Assembly: GCA_964291655.2 (NCBI GenBank) | Contig: OZ219802.1 | Span: 672,001 to 736,000, forward strand | DNA: 64,000 nt | Origin: Chloroflexota bacterium | GTDB lineage: Bacteria > Chloroflexota > UBA11872 > VXOZ01 | Reading direction: 5' to 3' | Part shown: one piece after another, positions 28,471-37,161 of the stretch | Layout: every line of letters begins with the position of its first letter | Numbering within the stretch: position 1 is the first letter of the stretch | Made by a program: the position numbers and the translations under genes | Notes under the pieces: model-generated | Seen by the model: only the letters and a program-made list of their open reading frames with translations | The model's database searches: none | Told to the model about the DNA's origin: nothing

Positions 28471-29487
28471 TTATGCCGGGTAGAAGCCCTTGAACAACGT
28501 TTCAATGACATCGATACTGCGGGGCCCCGGCTGGGTGGCCGTAAAGGGCACAACGACATAGCGCTGGTCCTGGATAGCCTTGATCGATGCGAGCGCCTCG
28601 GAATTGGCGAGGAACTCGCGCTTCTCGTCCGCTGTAGACCAGGTTGCGTCGTGCAGCACGATGACGTCCGGATTTCGTTCGATAACGGACTCCCAGTTCA
28701 CCGTAGCAAAGTCGCCATCAACGTCCGCGAAGATGTTGATGCCACCGGCCTCTTCCAGCAGGGCATTCACGATGCCTGTACCGGCGGCCGTATACGGCGC
28801 TTCGTTGTCGCTGTCGAAGACGAAAACCGTGACCTTCGGATCCGCCGGTTGTGTCTTCGTGTGGATTTCCGCCAACCGCTCCCGGATGCCGGCTACATAG
28901 GCTTCCGCACGCTCCGACACACCGAAGATTTTGCCAATACTTAAGAAGTCAACAAATACGTCCTCGATGGTGGCCTTGCGTTCCAGGCAATTTGCCTGGG
29001 CAACATATGAGTTTATGTTCAGTTCCAACAAGGCCTCGCGCGGGCCAGCCACCTCATCGCGGAAGGCGCTCACCCAACCGGCGTAGAGGAAGTCTGGTTC
29101 CACTCCCAAGAACACCTCTCGGGAAGGGTATAGTTCCGAGAGCACAGGTATCTGTTGGTAAGCGTCAGCGAGATTGGGCAAGATTGGGTCTTCCAGGTAC
29201 GCCGTGCCGACCATGTGGTCCTGCAACCCCAACGTCAACATCACTTCAGTGGCGTGTTGTGCCATGGCTACGGCGCGTTGCGGCGGCTGTTCGTACGTTA
29301 TGCTCACGCCACAATTCTCAATCGTGACCGGCGCGAACGTCGACTCGGCCTCTTTTTCTGGCATAGCTACTGCGGTCTCTGCCGGCTGCGATGTGCCAAC
29401 GCCGCAGGCGGCTAGGAGCAGGCCGCCGGTTCCCATGGCGCCAAGGGCCAAAATACCGCGGCGAGTCAACTGCTGCTTTCTGTTCAC
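28471..29487 (-). CDS. Class III (FecB/BtuF-like) ABC substrate-binding Tat lipoprotein, copy 1
   Basis: TRRGIL...LLLAAC; close paralogue of 23057-24079; GTG start after GGGAGAGG. Confidence 0.9.
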   Translation of the reverse strand: MNRKQQLTRRGILALGAMGTGGLLLAACGVGTSQPAETAVAMPEKEAESTFAPVTIENCGVSITYEQPPQRAVAMAQHATEVMLTLGLQDHMVGTAYLEDPILPNLADAYQQIPVLSELYPSREVFLGVEPDFLYAGWVSAFRDEVAGPREALLELNINSYVAQANCLERKATIEDVFVDFLSIGKIFGVSERAEAYVAGIRERLAEIHTKTQPADPKVTVFVFDSDNEAPYTAAGTGIVNALLEEAGGINIFADVDGDFATVNWESVIERNPDVIVLHDATWSTADEKREFLANSEALASIKAIQDQRYVVVPFTATQPGPRSIDVIETLFKGFYPA

Positions 29488-29518
29488 TTTTATGCCTCTC
29501 CCAAAGTTAACACTAATC

Positions 29519-29589
29519 ATAACGACAAGCGTTATCAATAAGTTAATGATAACTATAGTCATTAAAGGGAAAGTCTTCCGGCTTGTCAA
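29519..29589 (-). promoter_or_regulatory. Sigma70 promoter (TTGACA-17-TTTAAT) overlapped by tandem Fur-family-like boxes
   Basis: -35 at 29589-29584, -10 at 29566-29561; imperfect palindrome TTAATGATAACTATAGTCATTAA at 29543-29565; second box at 29519-29541. Confidence 0.7.
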
Positions 29590-29843
29590 GGGGGATTGGA
29601 CAAAGCGCAGATTTTTTTGAAAGGAAATTGCCGCCAACTGAAGCCTACAAGTCACAGACTTAGTGGATCTGCGAGCGTCTTCAATGCAAGTGAGGGTCAG
29701 ATTTGCGGGACCAATCTCAAAGAACCGTGTGTTAGTCTAGATAGAGATCGCACCTGCATCCCGGAAGTGCGTTCCAAGCTGCGGCATCTCGCAGCCAGTG
29801 TGCTGCCAATTTGGGCAATGCGCACCCAAAGAGATCCCTTGGG

Positions 29844-30374
29844 CTAGGTGGGATTGCCGGCGGGATACAGGAACGGCACCCAGGACTCGTGAGGCGGTGA
29901 AGGCACGTAGCGGAGATGGGCAAGGTAGCCGTTGAGCCGTGGCTTGCCTGGCCTCGCCAACAGACGCATGCGCGCTTCTTCGGCCGTGCGGCCGCCTTTG
30001 CGGTGGTTGCAGTCCTTACAGGCGGAAACGAGGTTCTCCCAGGTGTGCCCGCCGCCACGGTGGCGAGGCATGACGTGGTCTATCGTGAGTTCCCGTGCTT
30101 GCACCCCGCAGTACTGACACGTATGGCTATCGCGGCGAAAGACCTCCTGGCGGACCAATCGAGGCCCGGTGGGGGGCCGCTTGACTAAGTAATGCAGTTT
30201 GATCACTGAAGGGCGTGTATAGCGGGCTTCGGCTGATATTAAGTCATCCGCGTACTGTTCGACTACTTCCGCCTTGCCGGTGAGCAAGAGCACGAACGCC
30301 CGCCGCACGTTGCAGATATTCAGCGGTCGATAGTCAAGATTCAATACCAGAACACGCTTGTTAATGCTGTTCAT
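29844..30374 (-). CDS. HNH endonuclease (McrA-like, conserved chromosomal type)
   Basis: VLVLN..Y.PL, RD...CQYCG...LTIDHV.PR.RGG...WENLV.AC..CN..KG. Confidence 0.93.
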   Translation of the reverse strand: MNSINKRVLVLNLDYRPLNICNVRRAFVLLLTGKAEVVEQYADDLISAEARYTRPSVIKLHYLVKRPPTGPRLVRQEVFRRDSHTCQYCGVQARELTIDHVMPRHRGGGHTWENLVSACKDCNHRKGGRTAEEARMRLLARPGKPRLNGYLAHLRYVPSPPHESWVPFLYPAGNPT

Positions 30375-30517
30375 TGCGGGCCACACTTACCAGCAACCGG
30401 TCGTGTTCTTGACCATCGTTTTGTTGGCGGTTAAGCTACGGAACATTCACCTCCGGCAATGCTAAAACCTGCCTCTTGCCTGTATTCTAGCTGGAACCAA
30501 ACACGTTCACAATACCG

Positions 30518-30546
30518 TTGACCCTATAGAACCCCCTGAGTATACT
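30518..30546 (+). promoter_or_regulatory. Sigma70 promoter TTGACC-17-TATACT
   Basis: Near-consensus hexamers with optimal spacing upstream of the SWIM gene. Confidence 0.6.
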
Positions 30547-30707
30547 GAGACTCAAGGGCAAGATACTGCGCAGACGCCACGTTTACTTGCAATTTCCTCA
30601 CTTCACCGGCGCAATCTCCCACGCACAGCACGCTTGCCGCAATTCGCTGGTGCCTCATTAAATTCACAGTGTGTGCCGGTCCGGATCACTAGAACAAGGG
30701 GGCTTGA

Positions 30708-30989
30708 ATGTATTCCAGTCTGATTGGCAAAGTGGAGAAAGCTAACCGATATACCGAAGAACGGGATCGTTTTAGCTTTTCAGCTTTCACGGTGCGCGTG
30801 CGTGGTGACAACAACGAACACGAGGTCTCCTTCAAGGACGGGGAGTGGCACTGTGACTGCGACTTCTTCACGATCTATGGACTGTGCAGCCACGGTATGG
30901 CCCTGGAGCGCATCCTCGGTGAAATGGTCTCCGCCAAGATGACGTTTTCCGATATGATCAAGGCTAAGACCGGGACCGCTCTGCCGTAG
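30708..30989 (+). CDS. Small SWIM zinc-finger protein
   Basis: H.V......W.CDCDFF...G.CSH (CxC-x8-CxH). Confidence 0.8.
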   Translation: MYSSLIGKVEKANRYTEERDRFSFSAFTVRVRGDNNEHEVSFKDGEWHCDCDFFTIYGLCSHGMALERILGEMVSAKMTFSDMIKAKTGTALP

Positions 30990-31109
30990 GATTATCGGCC
31001 ACTTCAGACCCCGGACACCCCGTGCCTTCCGTCGTTAAGACCGGTTTTCTTTAGCAAGAATTCCCCCATTTAGAGGTAACCGGGACGCTCAACCCATCTT
31101 GTAATCCGT

Positions 31110-31616
31110 ATGTTCAAGATTGACCCTCAAGACATCGAAATTGTCCGCAGCGCCCAGCGCAGCAAGACCGTTTCCGGTGAATTCAAGCATGGCAAGCTAC
31201 GTGTCCACGTACCCGCACGCCTAAGCAAGGAACAAGAAGAACACTACGTCGCGACAATCATCGAACGGGTTGAACGCCGCGAGACCCAGCAGATGCTCAA
31301 CGACGGCGATCCGCTCCTCAAGCGCGCCGCTGAACTCAATGCGCAGTACTTTGCGGGCAAGCTGGAGATTGTCTCAGTCACCTACGTAACCAACCAAAAC
31401 TCCCGCTTCGGCAGTTGTAGCGTGCGTCGCAAGACCATCCGCCTTTCGCACCATCTCACCGAAGTCCCGGAATGGGTGCGTGACTACGTGCTCATGCATG
31501 AGATGGCCCATCTCGTTGAGCCGGGGCACAACCGGCGCTTCTGGGACATTGTAAATCGCTACCCCCGCACGCAAGAAGCCCGGCGCTATCTGAGGAATTT
31601 CGCCTTCGCTGAATAG
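31110..31616 (+). CDS. YgjP/DUF45-like zinc metallopeptidase-family protein
   Basis: RFGSC, IRLS, DYVLMHEMAHL...H...FW. Confidence 0.88.
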   Translation: MFKIDPQDIEIVRSAQRSKTVSGEFKHGKLRVHVPARLSKEQEEHYVATIIERVERRETQQMLNDGDPLLKRAAELNAQYFAGKLEIVSVTYVTNQNSRFGSCSVRRKTIRLSHHLTEVPEWVRDYVLMHEMAHLVEPGHNRRFWDIVNRYPRTQEARRYLRNFAFAE

Positions 31617-31719
31617 CCTCAGCAGCAATGTGCAGCGCTGCAGCCCTGCGACCTCCGGGACTCTCGTCCGCCCCCGCCGCAATCTTCCCTCTTCGGCAAT
31701 CCTGTGGCATGCTGTATTC

Positions 31720-32235
31720 ATGGCTACCGCAAAGACCAAGAAAGCACGACGGGCGGAGAAAGTCCGCGACCCCAACAACCTGGTGGTGGCGACGAACCGC
31801 CGCGCTTTCCACGACTACCACATCGACGCCACATTCGAGGCCGGCCTTAACCTTCTGGGTACTGAAGTGAAGTCAATCCGCGCTGGCCGTGTCAATTTGG
31901 CTGAAGGCTTTGTGCGCATAATCAATCGCGAGGCGTGGCTTTGGAATGTGCACATTTCACCGTACCAGCGGGGCGGCTATGTCAATCACGAACCGACCCG
32001 GGCCCGCAAGCTCCTGCTCCACAAAGACCAAATCGGCACCTTGTTTCGGCATACCCAAATGAAGGGACAAACGGTCATCCCGATCCGGCTCTACCTGCGC
32101 AACGGTCGGGTCAAGGTAGAGATTGCGGTGGCGCGCGGCAAGAAACTCTACGACAAGCGGCAGGCCTTGGCCGCCAAGGACGCCCAGCGCGAATTGGACC
32201 GCGTGGCGAAGGATTATTCCCCCGGTCGCTTGTAG
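31720..32235 (+). CDS. smpB: SsrA-binding protein
   Basis: NRRA.HDY, EAG..L.GTEVKS.R, NHEP.R.RKLLLHK, RGKKLYDKR. Confidence 0.97.
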   Translation: MATAKTKKARRAEKVRDPNNLVVATNRRAFHDYHIDATFEAGLNLLGTEVKSIRAGRVNLAEGFVRIINREAWLWNVHISPYQRGGYVNHEPTRARKLLLHKDQIGTLFRHTQMKGQTVIPIRLYLRNGRVKVEIAVARGKKLYDKRQALAAKDAQRELDRVAKDYSPGRL

Positions 32236-32604
32236 CGCTCAGCCATGCAAGGGGACCCACTTGCGAAAGCTCCCGCACATGCGCGCAGTCCTTCCGCCAT
32301 TGTTGGCCGTACCCCGCGCTTAGCGTCTTGTCGCGTGTACGTCCTTCGGTCAGGATCTCCCATTTTCAAGAGTCCAGCTTTCGCGTCCGCGCTGGTATAC
32401 TGTACGCACTCACTGTACCTCTCGGCTTGTCATTGACATAGGTGCTACCTATAGCTCTGTAAGCACGCTTGTATCACTCGTGTTGGCCAAAGGCTCACGC
32501 AGGTGGCCGGTCGCAAGGATTGAGCCGATGCTGAGTGGCATAGTGATCGAATTTGCCCTGCTGACCAACAGACAGCGTATGTAAGCGAGAATTGGAGAAC
32601 TGTC

Positions 32605-33771
32605 GTGGATGAAATTCGTATCGGCCTAACCGGACTCGGCGCGCGTGGCCGCCACTGGTTGAAGATGTTGGACAACTTCAACGGCTATCGCGTGACGGCG
32701 ATCTGCGACCCGCTCACTGAGCTGCATGAAATGTCGCTTGAGCCGTTGAAAGAGCCGGAATCGATAGCGGTCTACGACAATTACGAAGACTTTTTGGCCG
32801 ATGACAATGTGGATGCCGTAGCCCTGACGGTCCGCTGCAAGGAGCAGGGCGCGCTGGCGGCGCAGGCGCTGGAAGCCGGCAAGCACGTCAATTCCGAGGT
32901 ACCGGCCGCGCACACGATGGAAGACTGCTGGCGTATTGTGCTGGCAGCCGAGCGCAGCGGCAAGATCTACCAGCTTGGCGAGCAGCGCCGCCACTCCGGC
33001 GAGTTCGCCGCCTGGCGCGAATTGGTGCGAGAGGGGAAGCTGGGCAAGATTACCTTCTGCGAAGGTCAATACATCGGCTACAAGGAACCGGCGCGGTACT
33101 ATCGGTTGCGCGGCTCGGCGCAGCTCGTGCCAATTGACGATGTCGCGAATAACCCCGATGCTGAGCCATCGTGGATCAATCTCATGCCGCCCATTCACTA
33201 CCTACCTCATGAACTTAGCCCCATCCTCATGGTGCTCGACGATCGCGTCACGGAAGTCACCGCCATGAGCACCCGTTCGCCGAGTTACATCCATAGCGAA
33301 ATCCAGCAACCGGACATTCAACTGGCCATCATGAAGACCGCCAAAGACACGCTCATGCGCCTCGCGGTCTCCTACACGCAGCCCACGCCGCCCCGCGACA
33401 ACCACTGGTGCCACATCATGGGAACCAAGGGATCAGTCGAATTAGCGCGCTCACTGAAGGATTCGCCTAAGTTGTGGTTGGCGGACGCCCAAATGCACGA
33501 TCACGCTGAAGTGGATTGGAAACCGCAACGCACCGACGCGCCCGCGGAAGCGCGCGGCAGCGGCCATAGCGACACCGACTATTACATCCACGCTACGTTC
33601 CGCGATGTGGTGCTCCACAACGTGCCCCAAGAGTTCGACGTCTACAAGGCGATGGACACGGCCGCTCCTGCCGTCCTTGCTTCGGAGTCTATCGCGCAGG
33701 GCAGCACGCTCATGCAGGTGCCCGACTTCCGGCCTGGGCCCAACCGGCGCAAAGGCGAGATGCCAAGGTAG
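32605..33771 (+). CDS. Gfo/Idh/MocA-family oxidoreductase
   Basis: IRIGL.GLG.RG, ALEAGKHV.SEVP, PPIHY..H. Confidence 0.9.
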   Translation: MDEIRIGLTGLGARGRHWLKMLDNFNGYRVTAICDPLTELHEMSLEPLKEPESIAVYDNYEDFLADDNVDAVALTVRCKEQGALAAQALEAGKHVNSEVPAAHTMEDCWRIVLAAERSGKIYQLGEQRRHSGEFAAWRELVREGKLGKITFCEGQYIGYKEPARYYRLRGSAQLVPIDDVANNPDAEPSWINLMPPIHYLPHELSPILMVLDDRVTEVTAMSTRSPSYIHSEIQQPDIQLAIMKTAKDTLMRLAVSYTQPTPPRDNHWCHIMGTKGSVELARSLKDSPKLWLADAQMHDHAEVDWKPQRTDAPAEARGSGHSDTDYYIHATFRDVVLHNVPQEFDVYKAMDTAAPAVLASESIAQGSTLMQVPDFRPGPNRRKGEMPR

Positions 33772-33880
33772 AACTACACTCCTAAACTCTACTTGTAATT
33801 GGCCATCCTCGTGAACCGATCATGATCGGACGTCATGGCCATGTGACGGTAACTCTCATGGGTACAGCGCAAAGTACTCC

Positions 33881-33950
33881 GTCATTCCCGTGAAAACGGG
33901 AATCCATCTTCACCGCCCACACCCCGGATTCCGGCTTCCGCCGGAATGAC
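33881..33950. repeat. Inverted pair (REPIN-like) of REP family C
   Basis: GTCATTCCCGTGAAAACGGGAATCC ... GGATTCCGGCTTCCGCCGGAATGAC. Confidence 0.8.
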
Positions 33951-34107
33951 GGTCTCGCAGCCGGCCACCACTCCCGTTCCGGAGTGTGGTCCGGACAAGG
34001 CCGCGGCGACTAACGCTTGTGCGACACTTACGGGAGGGGCATGGGACGCCAAACATATCAAGATTGCCCGAATAGAGACGCTCTTTGAACGAAGGAGCCA
34101 TCCAACG

Positions 34108-35199
34108 ATGAGCAGCAGTCCTCCCGCCTGGGTCACCTACCCTGAAAAAGACTGGACGATCATCACTCCTGCGGGGGCCGGCCTCGATTCCCGGAGGTTT
34201 GAAGCGTGGCTGCGCACCTTGGGCTTTCACGGCGCCAACTTTGGCGGCGAGGACCACTCCGGCAACAAGTGGGGCATGATGCTCACCCGGGGCGGCTACT
34301 GTGTGCATACCTGGGGCGATCCGCACTACCGCTTCCAAACCGCTTCCATGGGCAAGGCCTTCATGTGGGTCCTACTCGGCTTGGCGGTGGAGGACGGTCT
34401 GCTGGACGTCGATGCGCCAATTCATGAGACGTGGACGGGTGAAGGCGAACTCTCTCACCCCCACAAACACCTAAACGAAGGCAATCACAGGAATCTCACC
34501 TGGCGGCACATCATTGGCGAAAAATACGGCCGCACGCATCAGGGCGGCTTTCCCATGGAGATTGGCAGCGCGTATGCCAAGGGACGCGCGGGGCTCAGCC
34601 AAGAGGAGGCCGACAAGGTGTGTCCGGCCTGGGCGCATTGGACAGGTGATCCATTCTACGATCTTTACTCCCACGCCGCGCCCGGCACGCAGGAGCATTA
34701 CAGCAGCGCCGGCTTCTGGCGGATGGGACAAGCGCTGACCCACGTCTGGGACCGCGACCTCAAAGACGTGCTGGACGAGCGGCTCTTCGGCAAAATCGGC
34801 ATCGCGCCGGATAGCTGGGATTGGTACACCGGCGAAACGGTGCAGTCACAGCAGTCATTCTATCCCACAATCCCGGACTCCTACACCTACCTCGATCCGC
34901 CGTATCGCGTCAACGGCCACGTGGTGCGGAGCGGTCCCGGCTGGGCAGTCATGTGCGCCGCCGACATCGCCCGCTTCGGCCACCTGCTCGCCACGCAGGG
35001 GATCTGGCAAGGTGAGCAACTCATCGACCCCCAATGGCTGCGCGGCCACGGCGGCGGCAACCGCAGCGGCGTCAGCGGCGAAAGCACCTACTACACCGCC
35101 CTGGCTCAGGTCACCACCGAAGGCGTCGTTCACGTCCACGCCAGCGCCAAGACCAGCTTCCTGCCAGCAGAAGTGATTGCGGGACCGGTGCAGGTCTAA
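34108..35199 (+). CDS. Beta-lactamase-related serine hydrolase
   Basis: ASMGK (SxxK), PG....YSS, D.ARFG.L....G.W.G.QLI; AAGGAG RBS. Confidence 0.85.
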   Translation: MSSSPPAWVTYPEKDWTIITPAGAGLDSRRFEAWLRTLGFHGANFGGEDHSGNKWGMMLTRGGYCVHTWGDPHYRFQTASMGKAFMWVLLGLAVEDGLLDVDAPIHETWTGEGELSHPHKHLNEGNHRNLTWRHIIGEKYGRTHQGGFPMEIGSAYAKGRAGLSQEEADKVCPAWAHWTGDPFYDLYSHAAPGTQEHYSSAGFWRMGQALTHVWDRDLKDVLDERLFGKIGIAPDSWDWYTGETVQSQQSFYPTIPDSYTYLDPPYRVNGHVVRSGPGWAVMCAADIARFGHLLATQGIWQGEQLIDPQWLRGHGGGNRSGVSGESTYYTALAQVTTEGVVHVHASAKTSFLPAEVIAGPVQV

Positions 35200-35279
35200 G
35201 GCAGCATATGGCTGCCGTGGGGTTGTTCAGACTGCTGGAGACCCCCAAACACATCCATCATTGCCCTCCGCCTCATCCG

Positions 35280-35302
35280 GTAGCGCAGGTTTGCAACCTG
35301 CG
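35280..35302 (+). repeat. REP family E
   Basis: GTAGCGCAGGTTTGCAACCTGCG. Confidence 0.75.
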
Positions 35303-35424
35303 TCCATCTTTCCGACCCAGCAGCTAGAAATCAATTGGCGATGCACACTGTTTGCTGAAACGCTAAGAAACGGGCCTCGGATAGTGCGCGCTTGACGGCT
35401 GACGGTCGCCCCCATCTGCGAACT

Positions 35425-35448
35425 GTAGCGCGGGGGCTTGTCCCCCGC
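35425..35448 (+). repeat. REP family B
   Basis: Exact copy. Confidence 0.88.
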
Positions 35449-35716
35449 CTCTTTGCGCCAAAGAGAAAGCTACTCCGAGCTATGAGCTCTGTAGGGTGGT
35501 TTTGCATCATATGCCCACCCTCTGGGCGAATGCAGCCCACAATAGCGCTCGTTATTTTGGTGCAAGCTGAATGGATGAAGTCAAATTGCTAGAAAACTCG
35601 ATTGGTCTGAACACGCATTTCCGGCGAGAGCTGCGCTTGTAGCCGCAACGTGAAGTCAGGGGCAACAGAGATTTCTCCCTGAGAAGGATCGCTGCTCTCT
35701 AGAATTCTGCGGTCAA

Positions 35717-36073
35717 TTAGCTTTCCAACTCTCTCAGTGCTTCCGGCAGGGTGAACGAACCGTCTTCATTCGGCGGGAAGTCGATAACCTCCAACACGGC
35801 ATCTATATTGAGTGGACCGTAGATGTGCGGGAAGACATTCTCGCTCCCCGACGGGCTTTCGAAGCGTAGCGGCGCAATCAAGCAGTCCGAATCTATGCAG
35901 AGCAGCACCAGGTCTTGCTGACCGCCAAAGAGAAAGTCCGCCACCCTTGTAACCAGGTCAGGTCGGGAGCAGTGGATGAATCCCTGTTTGGCAAGCGATG
36001 GAGCCGTGTAGATGCCTGCCTGCTGTACCGATTCCCAAGCGGTACGCTGCGTAATGTGGAGAATGAGCGCCAT
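35717..36073 (-). CDS. DUF952 family protein
   Basis: ILHI, Y...SL...GFIHCS, LVLL.ID, FPHIYGPLN..AV. Confidence 0.9.
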   Translation of the reverse strand: MALILHITQRTAWESVQQAGIYTAPSLAKQGFIHCSRPDLVTRVADFLFGGQQDLVLLCIDSDCLIAPLRFESPSGSENVFPHIYGPLNIDAVLEVIDFPPNEDGSFTLPEALRELES

Positions 36074-36197
36074 TGTGAGACTCTCTGCCTGCTGTTCGCG
36101 AAACAAGCACGAGTTCTACCTGTCTCGCCCAGTATACAGGCAAGAATAGTGTGGGCACAGGGTGCACGGCAAGTAAGCAAGAAGGTCAATGCAGAGC

Positions 36198-36998
36198 TCA
36201 GTCCAGTTCATTCTCTGTGGATAGAATGAACGCGTCTTGATCCGCCCGGTTACGCAGCCATGAAACCGGCGCATCTTCCGTGAGGATCCCTGCCGTGCCG
36301 CCGTGCGCCGCCAGTTCCGCCGCGAATTGCGCGGCCAATCCCTGACCTACCTGCGTGCCCGTGCTCAAGGCGAAATCTACGGTGACACATTGGTCGATGC
36401 CAAAGTAGTTGATTCCGCTTAGCTCGCGAAACCGATGTCCCATGGGAGCAAACCAGTCGTTGCTTATTTTGCTGTGGTGGCTGTTGCCGCACCAAACGAG
36501 TAGTTTCGTTTCTGTTGATAGCCCATTTAGAGTGTCGACGAGACTTCGCGCCTGCTGCTCTTCGCGCCAGTTAATGCTTTCCGCAGCCACGTCGCTGAGT
36601 GTAGGTCCCTCTTGCTCTTCTTCCCAGACTATACTCTCTGTTTTCTCGAGTTCCGCAGGGTGGGCATCATAATCAGCTTCGTACGGTACCAAAGTCCAGC
36701 CGAGGTCGAGCGCTGCTTGTATGTACCGCCGCATCTCCGGTTGCGCTAAGTAGCCCTCTTCAGATTCGGTCGGTACGCGCCGCGCCTTATTCGCTTCATC
36801 GGCAAATGAGTAAGGCCACAGCGCCTCCATGGCGAGGTGGCGCACGCCGGCTTCATGGGCCGCAGGTAAGATGCGCCGACCAATCTCGCGCGTACGGATG
36901 CACCGCTGAATACCGCTATGGGCCTCATTCATCATCACAACCGTGGACCGCACAAATCCGATTGTGACCAACTCCTCAGGGCTGCGCCAAACAGGCAT
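36198..36998 (-). CDS. Hypothetical protein, EreA/ChaN-like fold suspected
   Basis: VVMMNEAH, LAMEAL, REEQQA, LVWCGNSH spacing of candidate metal ligands. Confidence 0.55.
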   Translation of the reverse strand: MPVWRSPEELVTIGFVRSTVVMMNEAHSGIQRCIRTREIGRRILPAAHEAGVRHLAMEALWPYSFADEANKARRVPTESEEGYLAQPEMRRYIQAALDLGWTLVPYEADYDAHPAELEKTESIVWEEEQEGPTLSDVAAESINWREEQQARSLVDTLNGLSTETKLLVWCGNSHHSKISNDWFAPMGHRFRELSGINYFGIDQCVTVDFALSTGTQVGQGLAAQFAAELAAHGGTAGILTEDAPVSWLRNRADQDAFILSTENELD

Positions 36999-37161
36999 AA
37001 TTCCAATACTCCGGCTCGCTTGGGGCGCAAACTTGCACTTACCAAAAGTCTAACAATTCAATGAAGTGGCTGCGGTCGATTAGGAATAGCGATTGTAACT
37101 GTGGGTATGGGATTGCCTCGCTAGCACATACGCGCGTTTCGCACAGGCCTTTGACCGCAAG

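Noticed and set aside
29490-29840. B12 riboswitch upstream of the BtuF-like genes
   Set aside because: No conserved motifs, and the promoter is too close to the start codon to accommodate one
30494-30508. LexA (Cheo) box near the HNH gene
   Set aside because: Spacing is GAAC-N7-GTTC, not N4
32236-32604. tmRNA next to smpB
   Set aside because: No GGGG..GA..GG.TTCGAC 5' end or tRNA-like 3' end
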